DNA of 64,000 bases. It comes from Balamuthia mandrillaris. Lineage: Eukaryota. The notes below the pieces were generated by a model. That model saw only the letters and a list, made by a program, of their open reading frames with translations. It made no database searches and was not told the origin of the DNA. The stretch spans positions 186,001 to 250,000 of the forward strand of contig JAVKOQ020000004.1 in the NCBI GenBank assembly GCA_031835245.2, written 5' to 3'. Below, in pieces: positions 41,093 through 58,324 of the stretch (position 1 is its first letter; every line of letters starts with the position of its first letter). The position numbers and the translations under genes were made by a program.

Positions 41093-43052
41093 TTACGATC
41101 TGCCCCGTGTTGTCTTCTCCTCGTTCTTCTTCCTTTCTTCTGCTTTCTTCTCTTCTTCTTCCTCTTCTTTCAAATTCTTCTCTAATCGGTCTAGCATCTG
41201 TTTGATCTTCTCGTCCCTCTCTGCCAACGCCTCCACCTGGTCCCACACCTCCATCGCCTCCTCCTCATCCTCCATCAAAGCCAACAAGTTTGCCTTTTGG
41301 ATCAAAGCCATTCCATTCTCTGGTTCCTTCTCCAAAACAGTTTCAATATCCTTCAATGCAGCATCAAGGTCACCTTCTTCGCTGCGAATGGAGGCTCGCA
41401 TGAGGAAGAGGTCGACATCGTTAGGAGAATCGAGGATGAGGAGATCCGCATCTTGAATGGCAGAAGAAAAGAGGCCTTGCTTGGTGTAGGCACGACAGCG
41501 ATGGAGGAGAGCCTTGGTATTCTCGGGTTCGGCGTCCAACACGGAAGAGAGTAATTGTATGGCCCCGTTGTCGTCATCTTTTGTTGTTGTCAGGATGAAC
41601 AGACAAAATCGAAAATATAAAGCGAAATATAAAGCAGAAGAGAGGAGGAAAAAGGGTGAAGAAACGACAGGAACATACCGCACTGTTGCAAGGCACATCC
41701 AAGTGCAAGTTGCGTCATCACGTTTGCAGGGTCCCTCTGCCAAGCCATGTTATAATCCCTTTTTGCTGCCTCAAAGTCGTTCATGATCTCATAGATGTTC
41801 CCTCTTGTCAAATAACTTTCGACTGTGTCCTCCATCGCAACGATGGTGGTGGCATCCTCTACAGCTTGCTCACGGTTGCCAAGAGTGGCGTGAATGCGAG
41901 CACGATAGTCCAGTGCCAACGGGTAGGTTGGATTCTTTTTCAGCGCTTCGTCAAAGTCAGCTAAGGCCTCTTTCAAGTTGCCGGAACGAAAGTTGGCTTG
42001 TCCGCGCAATGCTGTTGCAACGATAAAGAGCTCCTCCAATTTTGGATCCTATGTTTGGTTGTTTACGATGGTTTGGCAAGACATAAATAAAAATGGAAGA
42101 ACAAAGGAATAACTGTAAGACAGCAGAGGGAGAGGAGACAAACAATAAGGGCAGCCACATCCGCGTTCGGCCGGAGGTGATCCTCTGCCACACGTTGAAA
42201 GTGTGACAAGGCACGAAGGGCTAGGTCATCCTGCTCTGCTCTTACCAGCAGTTGCGCCATCCAAAAGTCTCTATAACACTCTCTTATGGAGAGGTCCAAT
42301 TGTTCCGCTGGTGTCAACTCTTCTTCTTCCTGCTCCTCTTCCGCTTCTCCTTCTCTCTTTTCTATTTCTTCGTCTTTCGTTTTCTTTGGTTCTCTTTCAC
42401 CTGCTTCAGTGCTTTCCGCTTTTTGCTTTCCAACTATTTCAGCGGCAGGAATGACGTCTCCCTTCTCGTCTTTTAGTTCTTCTTCTTCTTCTTCCGCTTC
42501 TCTTTCTCCTGCTGCTGCTTCTTCTTCTTGAATGTCCACCAGGGTCTCGGTGCTGTTTTGCAGGGCTTTAAGACAGGCCTGAAAGCTTTCGAGGTGCTCC
42601 CGCGAGACGTCTAGCTTCAAATAGGGCGCCACCAGCTGTTCTTCGCAGAGCTGCTTCCACGCGGCGAGATGGGGTCTCCTCTTTGCATAATCCTCGGGGG
42701 TTGACGGCTGTTGATCGGTTTCGTGATGCTCTGGAGATGTCGTAGTAGTCGTTGTGCAAAGATGTTTATGTTGTTGGCGTAGAGGTGAAGGAGAAACAGA
42801 GGGTCGCGGAAGCCACCACCTTGGACCAAGAGGGAGAAGACGGTGATGATAAGCAAGATTACGAGAGAGGCAGCGAGTGTGCGGAGAAGAAGCTGCGGAA
42901 GTGGAGGATCGACGAAGGAGATGAAAAGGAGATGCTGTGGAAGAAGAAGGAGAACTGTGTGGTCGATGGTGGAGGGGGAAACGGTGGTGAGGGAACGAAA
43001 AAAAGGAACATGCTGGGCCGCGATGGAAGCGGAGCGACGTAGCGCCTCTCAT
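41093..43052 (-). CDS. TPR repeat protein with probable mitochondrial presequence; multi-exon
   Basis: TPR motifs ALRGQANFRSGNLKEALADFDEALKKNP and others; R/S/H-rich N-terminus. Confidence 0.75.
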
Positions 43053-43380
43053 CTCTTCTGTTTGATTTGGATTTGAGTGTAGTGACGACACGAACCGCAC
43101 GAATGCCACGTCAAAATTTCCAAAAATAGGCTCATTTTGTGTCACCAGACACAAATAAAGTATGGAAATGACGTCATATACGCAAATTTGGTAAAACATC
43201 TGGCTTGGAATTTCTGCCAAAAAGTTGGCGCTTCCCCATCCAACTGCCATCATCCCATGGAAACGGGAAGAACTTCCAACCTGTGTGATCCGTCCTGCTT
43301 CTGCGCTACAGAGGCATCCACTATAAACCAGACAAAAAAAGTGACCGATCAAAGTAACCAAAACCTTCAAATCATTAAAG

Positions 43381-43502
43381 AAGAAACGGCAAGGGAAAAA
43401 AAGGGCAGCAACCAAGTCCTCGCGCTTCCTTACCATGATCAGCGGAGGAAAACACCAGTGTCGACAAGGACAACCTCCAAACCGAATCGTCGCGCGTTGG
43501 TC
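43381..43502 (+). repeat. Dispersed ~120-bp repeat, copy A (copy B at 56373-56490)
   Basis: Colinear shared blocks ggcaagggaaaaaa, aagtcct.gcgcttcc, cagcgg, tgtcgacaaggac, ccaaacc, gcgcgt. Confidence 0.85.
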
Positions 43503-43825
43503 CAATTAATTTGTAAGCAAAGGAAAATAAAGAACAGCGCAACAACAAGGAGGAACTTTTCTGCCGCCTTTTCTTGTTCCGCTGCACGTGCAGAGGGGGA
43601 CTGTCTTCCATCCGCGCCAAAGGCTTGTGTTCTCTGGGGTGGGCAGGTGGGTAGGTTCGTTGCAAAGTAGTGCGAGTGTGTCTTTTTTTTCTCCCTCTTC
43701 TCTTCTCTTCTCTCTCTCACCGGTATTTAAAAAAAAACCAACGCCACGGCTTTTTTTTTTTTCTTTCATTTCCGTCCACCAGCGAAACGAACAACCGAAA
43801 ACACAAAGAGAGAGAAACAAGGGAG

Positions 43826-48236
<4,411 letters not shown>

Positions 48237-48358
48237 ACGAAATAAAAGAAAAAAGTAAAACCCAAAAAAAAACAAAAAAACAAATAATTTTAGATTAAAA
48301 ATAATTGAAAATAAATAAACTATTTTTCAATCAACAAGGGTGTTGAATTCCAGCACAA

Positions 48359-48429
48359 GCATCCGTAGTCTAGGGGCATGATTTCCGCCTGCCACGCGGG
48401 AGGCCCGGGTTCAACTCCCGGCGGATGCA
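48359..48429 (+). tRNA. tRNA-Gly (GCC)
   Basis: Acceptor stem GCATCCG/CGGATGC, anticodon loop CT-GCC-AC, T-loop GGTTCAACTCC, downstream T-run. Confidence 0.93.
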
Positions 48430-48780
48430 CATTCTTTTTTGTCGTTTAATTTCATTTTATTATGTTGCCAGCCTGATGTTCCACCTCAAGGTGGCCTAGT
48501 CCTCCAAGAATCACTCCTCCCAAAAACTCCGTTGCTGTAGTTCTTCTTTGGTTCGTAGCAAGGCAATTGGCCTGAAAACAGGTGCTCTGTTTGTTCCTTT
48601 GTTGCTGTTTGGTGTTGCGTTGGTTCGTAAGTGGCTAGCGAATAACCCAACTTGGTGAACGCATGAACTGCGCCCACAATGCCCGGCAAAAGCAAGCGCC
48701 AATGGATGAATTGACGATATACCTTGTGTCCCAGCCAAAAGGAAAGTGTTGTTAGAAACACACTCACTATCGCATCAATT

Positions 48781-48852
48781 TCCGCTGTGGTGTAGTTGGC
48801 AACATTGGTGGCTCTCACCCACCCGCCCCGGGTTCGATTCCCGGCAGCGGAA
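48781..48852 (+). tRNA. tRNA-Glu (CTC)
   Basis: Acceptor stem TCCGCTG/CAGCGGA, anticodon arm GGTGG-CTCTCAC-CCACC, GGTTCGATTCC, T-run terminator. Confidence 0.95.
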
Positions 48853-49202
48853 CTTCTTTTTGTTGCATTGTGTCTTTTTTTTTGCGGGTGGCGGCCAAGA
48901 GTTTGTGGTACTTGGCGGGTCGTGTGGGCAAACATGCAACAACGGCACCTGCATTGTGGATGACTCCGGTTTACCTGATACCTGAGAACCCAAAAAGGCA
49001 GAGAACACAAGAAAAAGAACAAGTATTTGCTGCTTTTAAATGCTTAAACAAATTGGCAGGCGCCCCACAGGGTTTGGCCAGGCCAGCCAAGATGCAGAAG
49101 AAGAAGAGGAAGAGTGAGGAGGGGCTACTGCCGAGACAGTGCGGGTTTTGTTGTATTTTGGGGGGAGAGTCCTAGCAAGAAAAAAGGCAATAAAAAAAGA
49201 AG

Positions 49203-49274
49203 TTCCGCTGCCGGGAATCGAACCCGGGGCGGGTGGGTGAGAGCCACCAATGTTGCCAACTACACCACAGCGGA
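49203..49274 (-). tRNA. tRNA-Glu (CTC), identical inverted copy
   Basis: Exact reverse complement of 48781-48852. Confidence 0.95.
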
Positions 49275-49384
49275 AATTGTTGTAATGAATCACTTTTTTC
49301 AAAGAAGAGTTGGCCTCCGGCCTGTGTTGCCATGTCGTCGTGATAGGATACAGCAGCAGGAAAAAAGAAAAGAAAAGATTGACG

Positions 49385-49865
49385 ATGCATCAAACCAACC
49401 CAAGCGGAGGCCTGCTGAACGGCCCTCGCCGCACCGTCCCCTCTGTGAGTCGCAGCTTCTATCGGCGTGCTCTGCCGGCTGTCTGCGTGGACTTTGCCTC
49501 CGCCGAAGGAAAAGCACTCTTCAAAGAAGCGCTGAGCAGCGGCCAGATGGAAGGCTTCTTCGGCCTTGCTGCCCAGTTTCACACCCAAAACGAACCTGCG
49601 TACGTCTCTCACCGCTGTTTTTTTTTCCGTTGTTTGTTTGCGTTTTTCTAGTTTTCTCTTTGCTCTGTGGTTGTTTCTCCTTCTCTTTCGTCGTTTCTCT
49701 TCCTCTTCCTCTTCCTCTTTCTGTTGCTCTTTCTCTTTCTCTTTCTCTTTCTCTTTCTCTTTCTCTTTCTCTTTCTCTTTCTCTTTCTCTTTCTCTTTCT
49801 CTTTCTCTTTCTCTTTCTCTTTCTCTTTCTCTTTCTCTTTCTCTTTCTCTTTCTCTTTCTCTTTC

Positions 49866-49905
<40 letters not shown>

Positions 49906-49949
49906 GTCGTTTCTCTTTCTCTTTCATCGTTTCTCTTTCTCTTCCTCTT

Positions 49950-49990
<41 letters not shown>

Positions 49991-50903
49991 TTTATCATTT
50001 AAACGAACAATCACATTGAAGCTATTGTGGACTTGCGACTCTGGCGATGATACTGAACGCGTTGGAAATAGATCCACAGCGAGTGTGGAAGGCCCCGTGG
50101 CGATGGTTCAGCGAGGAACTATTGGACTGCTGTAAACCTTTGCATGTATTTTTTCTGTTTTCTTTATTCTTTATTCTTTATTCTTTATTCTTTATATTTT
50201 ATTCTTTGTTCTTTGTTCTGTTATGTTTTCTTATTCTGTACTCTTTTCTTTTCTCTCTCTCTCTCTCTCTCTCTTTGCTTACAGTTCTCTCTTTGTTTTC
50301 TCTTTAAAGATTGTACAAAAAGAAGGAATAACAATTCCTGAGTTTGGTTGTTTGGCTCGTTGTAATGGTGCTCTTGCCGACATCACTTATGCTTCGGACA
50401 GGTTTTTAAACGTCTTCGCTCGTTCTTTCTTCGTTTGAGTATTTATTGTTATGTTTGTTTTTTAAAAAGTGATGTAGAAAGCTTTCGAAGGAAGATAATG
50501 GAGATAACCAAAGCAGAAAGGACGTATATGGTGGTTAGCTACGACCGCCGTGTCTTGGGGCAAACCGGCTCTGGACATTTCAGCCCCATCGCTGGATACC
50601 ATCCACAACGTGACTTGGGTTTGTTCTCCTGTCGCCTCTTTCTTGAATGCTTTCTTTCTCGTCGTTGTGTAACATTTTTTTGGCTTCTTGTATCAGTGTT
50701 GTTGATGGACGTGGCTCGTTTCAAGTATCCTCCGCATTGGGTTCCTGTATCGCTACTGTTCGAGGCGATGTTGCCCGAAGATCTGGTCACAAGGCGTTCT
50801 CGCGCGTTTGTAGCCATGTCTGCCAACACCGCTGCAAGGCATTCGTTCTGTCGGTATGTTTTTCTTTGCTATTCGTTCTCCTTTTTTCTCGTTGTGGTTT
50901 TGA

Positions 50904-50944
<41 letters not shown>

Positions 50945-51665
50945 GTAGACTTGTGGCAGGAACGGATTGTTGGAGAGACGTTGTTAATCTTTTCTACAAT
51001 GACATCCCGAAAGCTCTCGAAGCGACGACCGCCATCACACCTTCGTTATCCGTACACGATTTTGTGCAACGAGTTTTCGCCTATTTGAACCGTGCTGAGA
51101 AACATCTTCAAAAGATCTTTGCTGCTTTTCCTTTAGAAAAGTACGCCTTTATCCTTTCTTTATTCTTTTGCTTCGCCCGTTCGTTCTTCTCTTTGCTCCT
51201 GTTTATGTTTTTATTTTATTTATTTATTTGAACTACAATAGAGAACACATGCCGGTAGAACAAACCCAAATTCTGGAAAAGTTGTTCGACGAACTTCATT
51301 CTCTTCCTCTGTATGCCGAAGTACAAAGTCAACTCCATCAAACAGATAAAGATAAAGAAGAAGGAGAAAAAGGAGAAGAGGAAGACAAGAACGGAATTGT
51401 TACCTTTGCAAAAGGGTCTTCTGTTGCTGCGGAACTGTTAACGATCGTTCTGCTGTGTGTTTTGCGTTGCTTGGCGTCTGCTTCTTCTTCTTCTTCTCTC
51501 TCACAACAACTGTTGGAATTGAAAGCGAGCGCACAAAGTCTATCGTTGGTGGAACGAGAAGTGTCTTATATTCTATCTTCCTTGGAGGCGTTCCAAGAGT
51601 TCGCTTGTTGTCGCTTTACAGCGGAAGGGAGTACCTGCAAAAGGGAAGAAAGAGCATGTAAGTAA
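49385..51665 (+). CDS. PCS: Phytochelatin synthase; multi-exon
   Basis: SFYRR.LP, QNEPA|YCGL (catalytic Cys), [13 protein letters not shown] (His), [13 protein letters not shown] (Asp). Confidence 0.95.
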
Positions 51666-51676
51666 ATCGAATATTA

Positions 51677-52709
51677 TTATATTAGCTTTCTTTAGAGAGG
51701 AGAGAGGAGACAGAGAGCTGAGATATAACAAGAAGAGAGAAGATAGAGGGAAACGAGAGAGCATGATTACTCTGTCCGTGTGTGCAGAAGACGCCCCTTG
51801 GAGAAGACTCTGCAACCTCCTCCTAGACTCGCACATCTCGTTGGCGCCAGCAGCGCAACCTCTATCGAACCATTTGACGGCCTTTTGAAGCTCTTCGTCT
51901 AAACTCCTCTGTCTTCTTTTATCGAATTCGTTGCCAGTGGAAGACGACGAGAGGTGAGAGGCGAAATTGAGCTTTTCTTCCTCCATGCGCTGAAGTATCA
52001 TACGGCCTGTTCTTCCGCAGGAATACGCATCTCCCAGTAAACATGCACTTTTGTAACATCTCTTTGCTTCTTGTTCTCGTTCTTCGTCTTCGTCTTCGTC
52101 TTCGTCTTCTTCTTCTTCTTCTTCTTCGAGATCATGCTCTTCGACACGGCTGTGAAGATCACCCAACAAACGCAAACACGCCACAACAGCCTCTTTGTCT
52201 TCTGGCAAAGGTTCTTCGTCGTCGTCTTTTTTCTCCTCCTCTTTTTTGTCTTCTTCTTGTTCTTCTTCTCCTTTCCTCTTTATATTTGTTGGTGCGATGG
52301 GTTGAGTTGAAGAGGATGAGTAGGATTGCTTGGCTCTGGAATGAGCATGTTGGAGAGCCGATTGTAGATAGTGAGCGCTGGAAGCAAGGTCTCGTTCTAG
52401 GATCGGTTTGTTGCTGTTGTTCGTTTATTGCAGTAGGTCAGAAGCAAGAAGAGAGAAGCAGAGAAGCAGAGAAGAGAGAGAAGTGAAGAGAAGAGAAGAG
52501 GAGAACGAGAGAAGAGAAGAGAGAGAAGAGAAGAACAAACTCTTTGGTGTAGAGACCTTCATACTGGAGAAAGCCAGCATGAAGGCAGCTTTCGACGTCT
52601 CCCAGCTCACACCCCTGCTTGTAGTAGTTCCAAACCTCTTCCATTGCCGCTACGTCCATCGCTTCATCCTTTTTGTTTAAATGTGAGAAGAAAGAACGAA
52701 AAAGAAGAC

Positions 52710-52740
<31 letters not shown>

Positions 52741-52971
52741 AAGAAGAACAAGAAGAACAAGAAGAAGAAGAACAAGAAGAACAAGAAGAAAAGAAGAACA
52801 AGAAGGAAGACAAGAGGGAAGCCTTGCTTGAAAAGCCATTTGATAACGATAAAAGGCGGCAGCGTTGCAAGAAGCGGCCATGCCTTCGTAGTTGCACTCC
52901 ACGCGCGCCTGTTGGTACTTCTCCCTCTGCTCCACGGAGCAAGGAACAAACGTGCCGCTCATATTGCCCAT
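51677..52971 (-). CDS. Sel1-like repeat protein (COA7-like); 3' end uncertain
   Basis: YYKQGCELGDVESC, YKSACLLGDAYSC, AVKWFDRGCAAGANEMC. Confidence 0.6.
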
Positions 52972-53195
52972 CTTTTTTCTTTTTTTTGGCCTCACGTCCT
53001 CTATTTTATGTCGACAAAAATTACATATCGGAAAATATATTCATAATTTTATCTGATAATCGATAAATTATTATGTCGACATAATAAAGTGAGGCTGCTC
53101 ATTTTGTGCTGCTGTGTGGATGCTTTTGTGGTCAAGTTGGCCTCCGTTCTAGGGAATAAAAAATAGAAAAGATTTACGAAAGAAAAAAATTGCTG

Positions 53196-56100
53196 ATGAA
53201 GAGCGTTTCAGGTGTTGTTCGAGGGCCGACGCGCCTCCACTGCGTACCTCCCACCTCCAGACCTCTGCTTCTTCTTCCTCTTTGTCCTCCCACCAAACCT
53301 ATTTCTTCTCTCTCCCCAATTCTCTCCATACAAAGACTTCGTCGGCTTCCTCCACTTTTTTCCTCTCCATCAAACTTTAATCGCTCTTTTTCTTCCTCCT
53401 CCTCTTCTCTTTCCTCTCCTCAACGCACAGCACCAACGGAAGGAAAAGAGGAGGCGGAACTCCTGCAACGCACCCATCGCTGCGGTCAGCTCAGGGAGAG
53501 CGACATTGGCCGGCGCGTCTCCCTCTGCGGCTGGCTCTCCATCAAGCGCAACTTTGGGCCGCTACTCTTTTTGGTGCTGAGCGATGCCACGGGCTCCGTC
53601 CAGGTCTGCATCGACGAGGACAACCCCTGGTTGAGCCAGGAGAAGAAGGAGGAGATCGCCTCCAACCAGAAAGTCCACGTGGAGAGCATTCTTTCGGTTT
53701 GTTTTCTTTGTCTTTTTTTCTTTTTTCTTTTTTCTTTTTTCTTTTTTCTTTTTTCTTTTTTCTTTTATTTCTTTTATTTCTTTTATTGTTTATTTTATTT
53801 TTCTTTTTTTTAATTATTTTATTTTTTTAAATTATTTTCTTTCTTTTATTTTCTTTTTTCTTTTTCTTTTTCTTTTTCTTTTTCTTTTTCTTTTTCTTTT
53901 TCTTTTCGTTTTATTTTTAATTTTTTATTGTTCCTGTTATCTCACAAAAGAAACAACAAAAACACACAACAAAAAAAAGATAAAAGGAGTGGTCCGTGCC
54001 CGTCCCGTCAACATGAAGAACGAGAACATGCAAACGGGCGCCATCGAGGTGGAGCTCGAAGAGCTGCACGTTCTCAATCCAAGCATCGAGCGAATCCCCT
54101 TTTCAACCATTTGGGAGGACAAAACGACAAAAGAGAAAGGGCAAGAAGGAAGCGGAGAAGAAGAGGTTGTTTCGGCTGTTGCTGCTGCTGAAAGAATGCA
54201 AACGGAAGAGCTGCGATTGAGGTACAGATATTTGGAGCTTAGAAGACCTCATCTGCAGCATAACTTAAAGACTCGTTCGCAAGTTTCATTGGCCATAAGG
54301 AATTTTTTGCATACCGAAGGTTCATTTGCTCATTCTCATTATTCCCGTCGCTACTTGCTTCTTTCCTCTGTTGCAATTGTTCTTCTCCTTCCCCTCCTTC
54401 TCTGTTATTTGTTATTTTTACATTTACATTTGCTTCTTATAATTAAAGGTTTTACGGAAGTGGAGACTCCAACATTGTTTCGCAGCACACCAGAAGGAGC
54501 TCGCGAGTTCTTAGTTCCAACTAGAAACAAAGGACGCTTCTATTCTCTGCCTCAAAGCCCACAACAATACAAACAGCTTTTAATGGCCGGAGGCATCGAT
54601 CGATACTTTCAGTTGGCTCGTTGTTATCGTGATGAGGGTCTTCGCTCGGATCGTCAACCTGAATTCACGCAGGTTAGATAAATATTAGAGGAGATGAAGG
54701 GAGAGTGGGTGAGAGAAGAAAAACAAAAGAGAAACGACAAGCATTAACACCTTTTCAAATACCTTTTCATTCGTTATTTTAAAAATAGGTGGATATGGAA
54801 CTTTCCTTCGTGACAGCCAAAGACGTACAATCCGTGATTGAACGAATGCTACAATGCGTTTGGAAAAAGGCCCTAAACCAAGACATTCACCTTCCGTTCC
54901 CTCGAATGACCCACAACGATGCCATGCTTTATTATGGCTCCGACAAACCGGACACGAGATACGATATGAAACTGACGGATGTGTCACATGTTTTTCGAAC
55001 GGGAGGAGGGGTGAGAGTCTTTGAGGAGATGTTGAAGAAGATAGGAGGTTGCGTGAAGGGCATCAAGCTGGAGATGAAGAAGACCATGGATTTGAATAAG
55101 AGCGAATTGGAAATGCTTAAACGTAAGGCAGAAGAACTTGGCATTCCTGTGAGTCACCTTTCCTTCTCTTACATGTTTCGTTTTTTTTTTCCTTTTACTT
55201 CTTTTTTGTTTTCTGTTTCTATTCTTTTTGGTGCTTTTCCCTTTTTTTTATATATATTATTATTTCATTCTCTCCTTATCTTCCTTCATTCACTCTTATC
55301 TTTGTTTCATCATACAGGAAATTACAAAGATACGAATCCAAGGAACGACCAAATGGGAGTCGCCTTTAGCCAAACACATTACCCCCGAGGCAAAGCAACG
55401 CCTCCTTTCCGCTTTCTCTCTGGACCAACAACCAGAGGAGGAGAGCAGCATCTTGCTCCTGGCAGCTCATCCAACCTCCGAAGAGAAAGTCTGCAAAGTT
55501 TTGGGAGCGTTGCGTGTGCTTTCTGCTCAGATCCTTCAACAAAGGGGACTGTTGCACTTGCCGAAAGATCAATTCAACTTTTTGTGGGTGGAAGACTTTC
55601 CTCTCTTCACGTTGGAAGAAGAAGAAGGAGAAGAAGGAAAACTGAAGGTCACAACTACTCATCATCCTTTTACCGCTCCGAGAGCAGAAGATCTTCCTCT
55701 ATTGCAAAAGTTGGAAGAGAACAGAAGCAACGAAGAAGAATATTACTCCATTCTTAGAGAAATTAGAGGACAACACTATGACGTGGTGCTGAACGGAGTG
55801 GAACTGGGAGGAGGCTCCATTCGTATTCATAATGCTGCTTTGCAAAAGCAAGTATTTGAGCTGTTGGGCTTTAGCGATGATCTGAAGAGCAGGTTCCGTC
55901 ATCTCACCGATGCGTTGAGCATGGGTTGCCCGCCTCATGGTTTGCATCTTGTTCTCTCTTCTCTCTTTTCTTTGTTTTATCTCTTCGTTTCTCTTTATCT
56001 GTTTTACCACCCGTATTTTAAACAAACCACAATGAACAACATTAATAGGCGGCATAGCGCTTGGGTTCGATCGTCTGATGGCCATTCTCTGCGGCGCCAA

Positions 56101-56272
56101 AAGCTTGAGAGAAGTGATCGCCTTCCCCAAGACCGTCACCGGAAACGAGCTCATGAGCGGCGCTCCCTCTGAGGTCTCCGCAGAGGAACTCGCTGAGTAC
56201 CACCTCCGACTTGCTCCCGATGGTGCTGATGATGATGATGATGACGCTCTCGCCAAAGCAAACAACATTTGA
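53196..56272 (+). CDS. DARS2: Aspartyl-tRNA synthetase, bacterial/mitochondrial type; multi-exon
   Basis: [78 protein letters not shown]; presequence. Confidence 0.95.
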
Positions 56273-56372
56273 ACAAAAAAAAAAGAGTTTAATTCTTTTC
56301 TCATTTTTTTGCCAAGAGGCACGTTCGTCGGTTCGAATCTTGCTGATGACAAATTTTTATATATGACTGAAA

Positions 56373-56490
56373 AAGAAATGGCAAGGGAAAAAAGGACAAC
56401 CAAAAAGTCCTTGCGCTTCCCTGCCACCTTCAGCGGGCAAAATCGATGTCGACAAGGACTAATCCCAAACCAAACCATTGCGCGTGGGTC
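56373..56490 (+). repeat. Dispersed ~120-bp repeat, copy B
   Basis: Homologous to 43381-43502. Confidence 0.85.
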
Positions 56491-56586
56491 ACATATGGAC
56501 AGGGTTCGATCCCAAGTGATGACAAGAAAGTTTTTTCGTTGAGAAAGGAATGCAAAAAATTCCAGGAATTTTTTGAAGAGGGAGAA

Positions 56587-57326
56587 ATGCGGAGCGTGCT
56601 GTGGAAATGGGGAGGAAGACGGCCCTACGCCTCCGCCTTGGAGGAAATGGCCGTGCTTGTACAGAAACGCAAGGCCGGAGCGGTGCCTGACATGCTTTGG
56701 CTAGTGGAACATCCACCTGGTCTTCTTTTTTTTTCTTTCTGTCTTTCTCTTGTTTTATTCATGGGATCAAAAAAAAAATTGGATGAATGACTGACACCTC
56801 TCTTTGCTTGTTCTTGTTCTTCTGCTTCTTCTTGTTCTTGTTCTTGTTCTTCTTCTTCTTCTTCTTCTTCTCTACTTTCTCTATTTCTCTCTTACCATTC
56901 ATTCAGTTTATACCTATACCAAAAAGTCTGTGAATAACTTTCGAGTGCCGCTGCCTGAGCTGAAGAGCAAGTATGGCGCAGACACGGTCTACACGCATCG
57001 TGGGGGTGACATCACCTTCCATGGGCCTGGACAGCTGGTGGCCTATCCCATCTTGGACCTGCGGCACCACAAACAGGACTTGCGTTGGTATCTGCATCAG
57101 TTGGAAGAGGTTTGTCATTTGCTGACGCTTTCTCCTCCTTCTTCTGCATTTGTTGTTCTTCTTGTTGTTCTCGTTCTTGTTCTTGTTCTTCTTCTTCTCA
57201 TCCTCCTTGTCTCCCTCCTTCTCCCTTCTTGTTCTTCCACACTCTTCTCCTTGTTCTTCTCCTTCTTCTTCTTGTTCTTGTTCTTCTTCTTGTTCTTGTT
57301 CTTGTTCTTCTTCTTCTTCTTCTTCT

Positions 57327-57359
<33 letters not shown>

Positions 57360-58032
57360 TCTTCACATGTCCTCATTTTTATCTATGCATCGTTCTCTAT
57401 GCTACTTTGCTATCGCTGTCCTCTGCTCTCTTCTCTGTTCTTTCTTCCTCGTCATTTCGCCTCTCTTCTTCTCTTTGTTCTTTCATTCTCTCCCATCTCC
57501 TCGTTGCTTTATTGATAGGTAACTTGTTCTCATTTCTCTCTCAACTCTTGTCTCTCTTACTTCTCATCTCTCGTTCTCTTTCGTTCATTCTCTCTCCTCT
57601 TGTTTCTTTACAATCCAACAACAGGTGATGATAGAGACAGCGTGGCACTGGAAGATCCCAGCTCAACGTGAGGAAGGCAGAACAGGCATATGGACCGAAG
57701 ACCGCAAGCTGGGTGCCATCGGCATCCAGGTCTCCCAATGGGTGACCAGCCATGGCCTCGCCTTGAACGTCACCACCGACCTGTCCTACTTTGACTTGAT
57801 AGTCCCCTGCGGCATAGTGGACAAGCAGGTGACCTCCTTGGCCGCAGAGCTGGCGAGAAAGAGACGGATGATGAGGGACGTTTCCGTGGGCAACGAAACG
57901 AAGAGGCAACATGTATATGGCGAAGGTGGGGAGGGGGCGGTGGATGTGGAGATGGCGAGAGATGTCCTGGTGGATCGCTTTGGCAAAGTGTTTCAACGGG
58001 AGATGAGAAAAGCGGAAGAGGAGGAGACATAA
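56587..58032 (+). CDS. LIPT2: Octanoyltransferase LipB/LIPT2; 3 exons
   Basis: [46 protein letters not shown]. Confidence 0.95.
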
Positions 58033-58324
58033 AATGGAATAAAAATGGCCAATAATGAAGAATCTTTTGTCGATTATCATGAATTTTCAACAAGTTGTGA
58101 ATTTATGATAACACCATCGAAAACTTTGTATCTTTTGATAATTATTTTTCAGCTGGCCAATCGAAAATCAAAAAATAAATAATATTGATGGTTTACCCTA
58201 AAACATATGATGTCGACGAAAAATACCCTGTTTGTCTTTTATTTCTCTCCGCCAAAAAAAAGAAAAGGAGACTTTCGCCCCCAAATTGATCTATTCACAC
58301 GCACACCCACACAAGCAAACCACA

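Noticed and set aside
48486..49302. ORFs containing SSAAGNRTRGGWVRATNVANYTTAE
   Set aside because: They are antisense translations of the tRNA-Glu genes.
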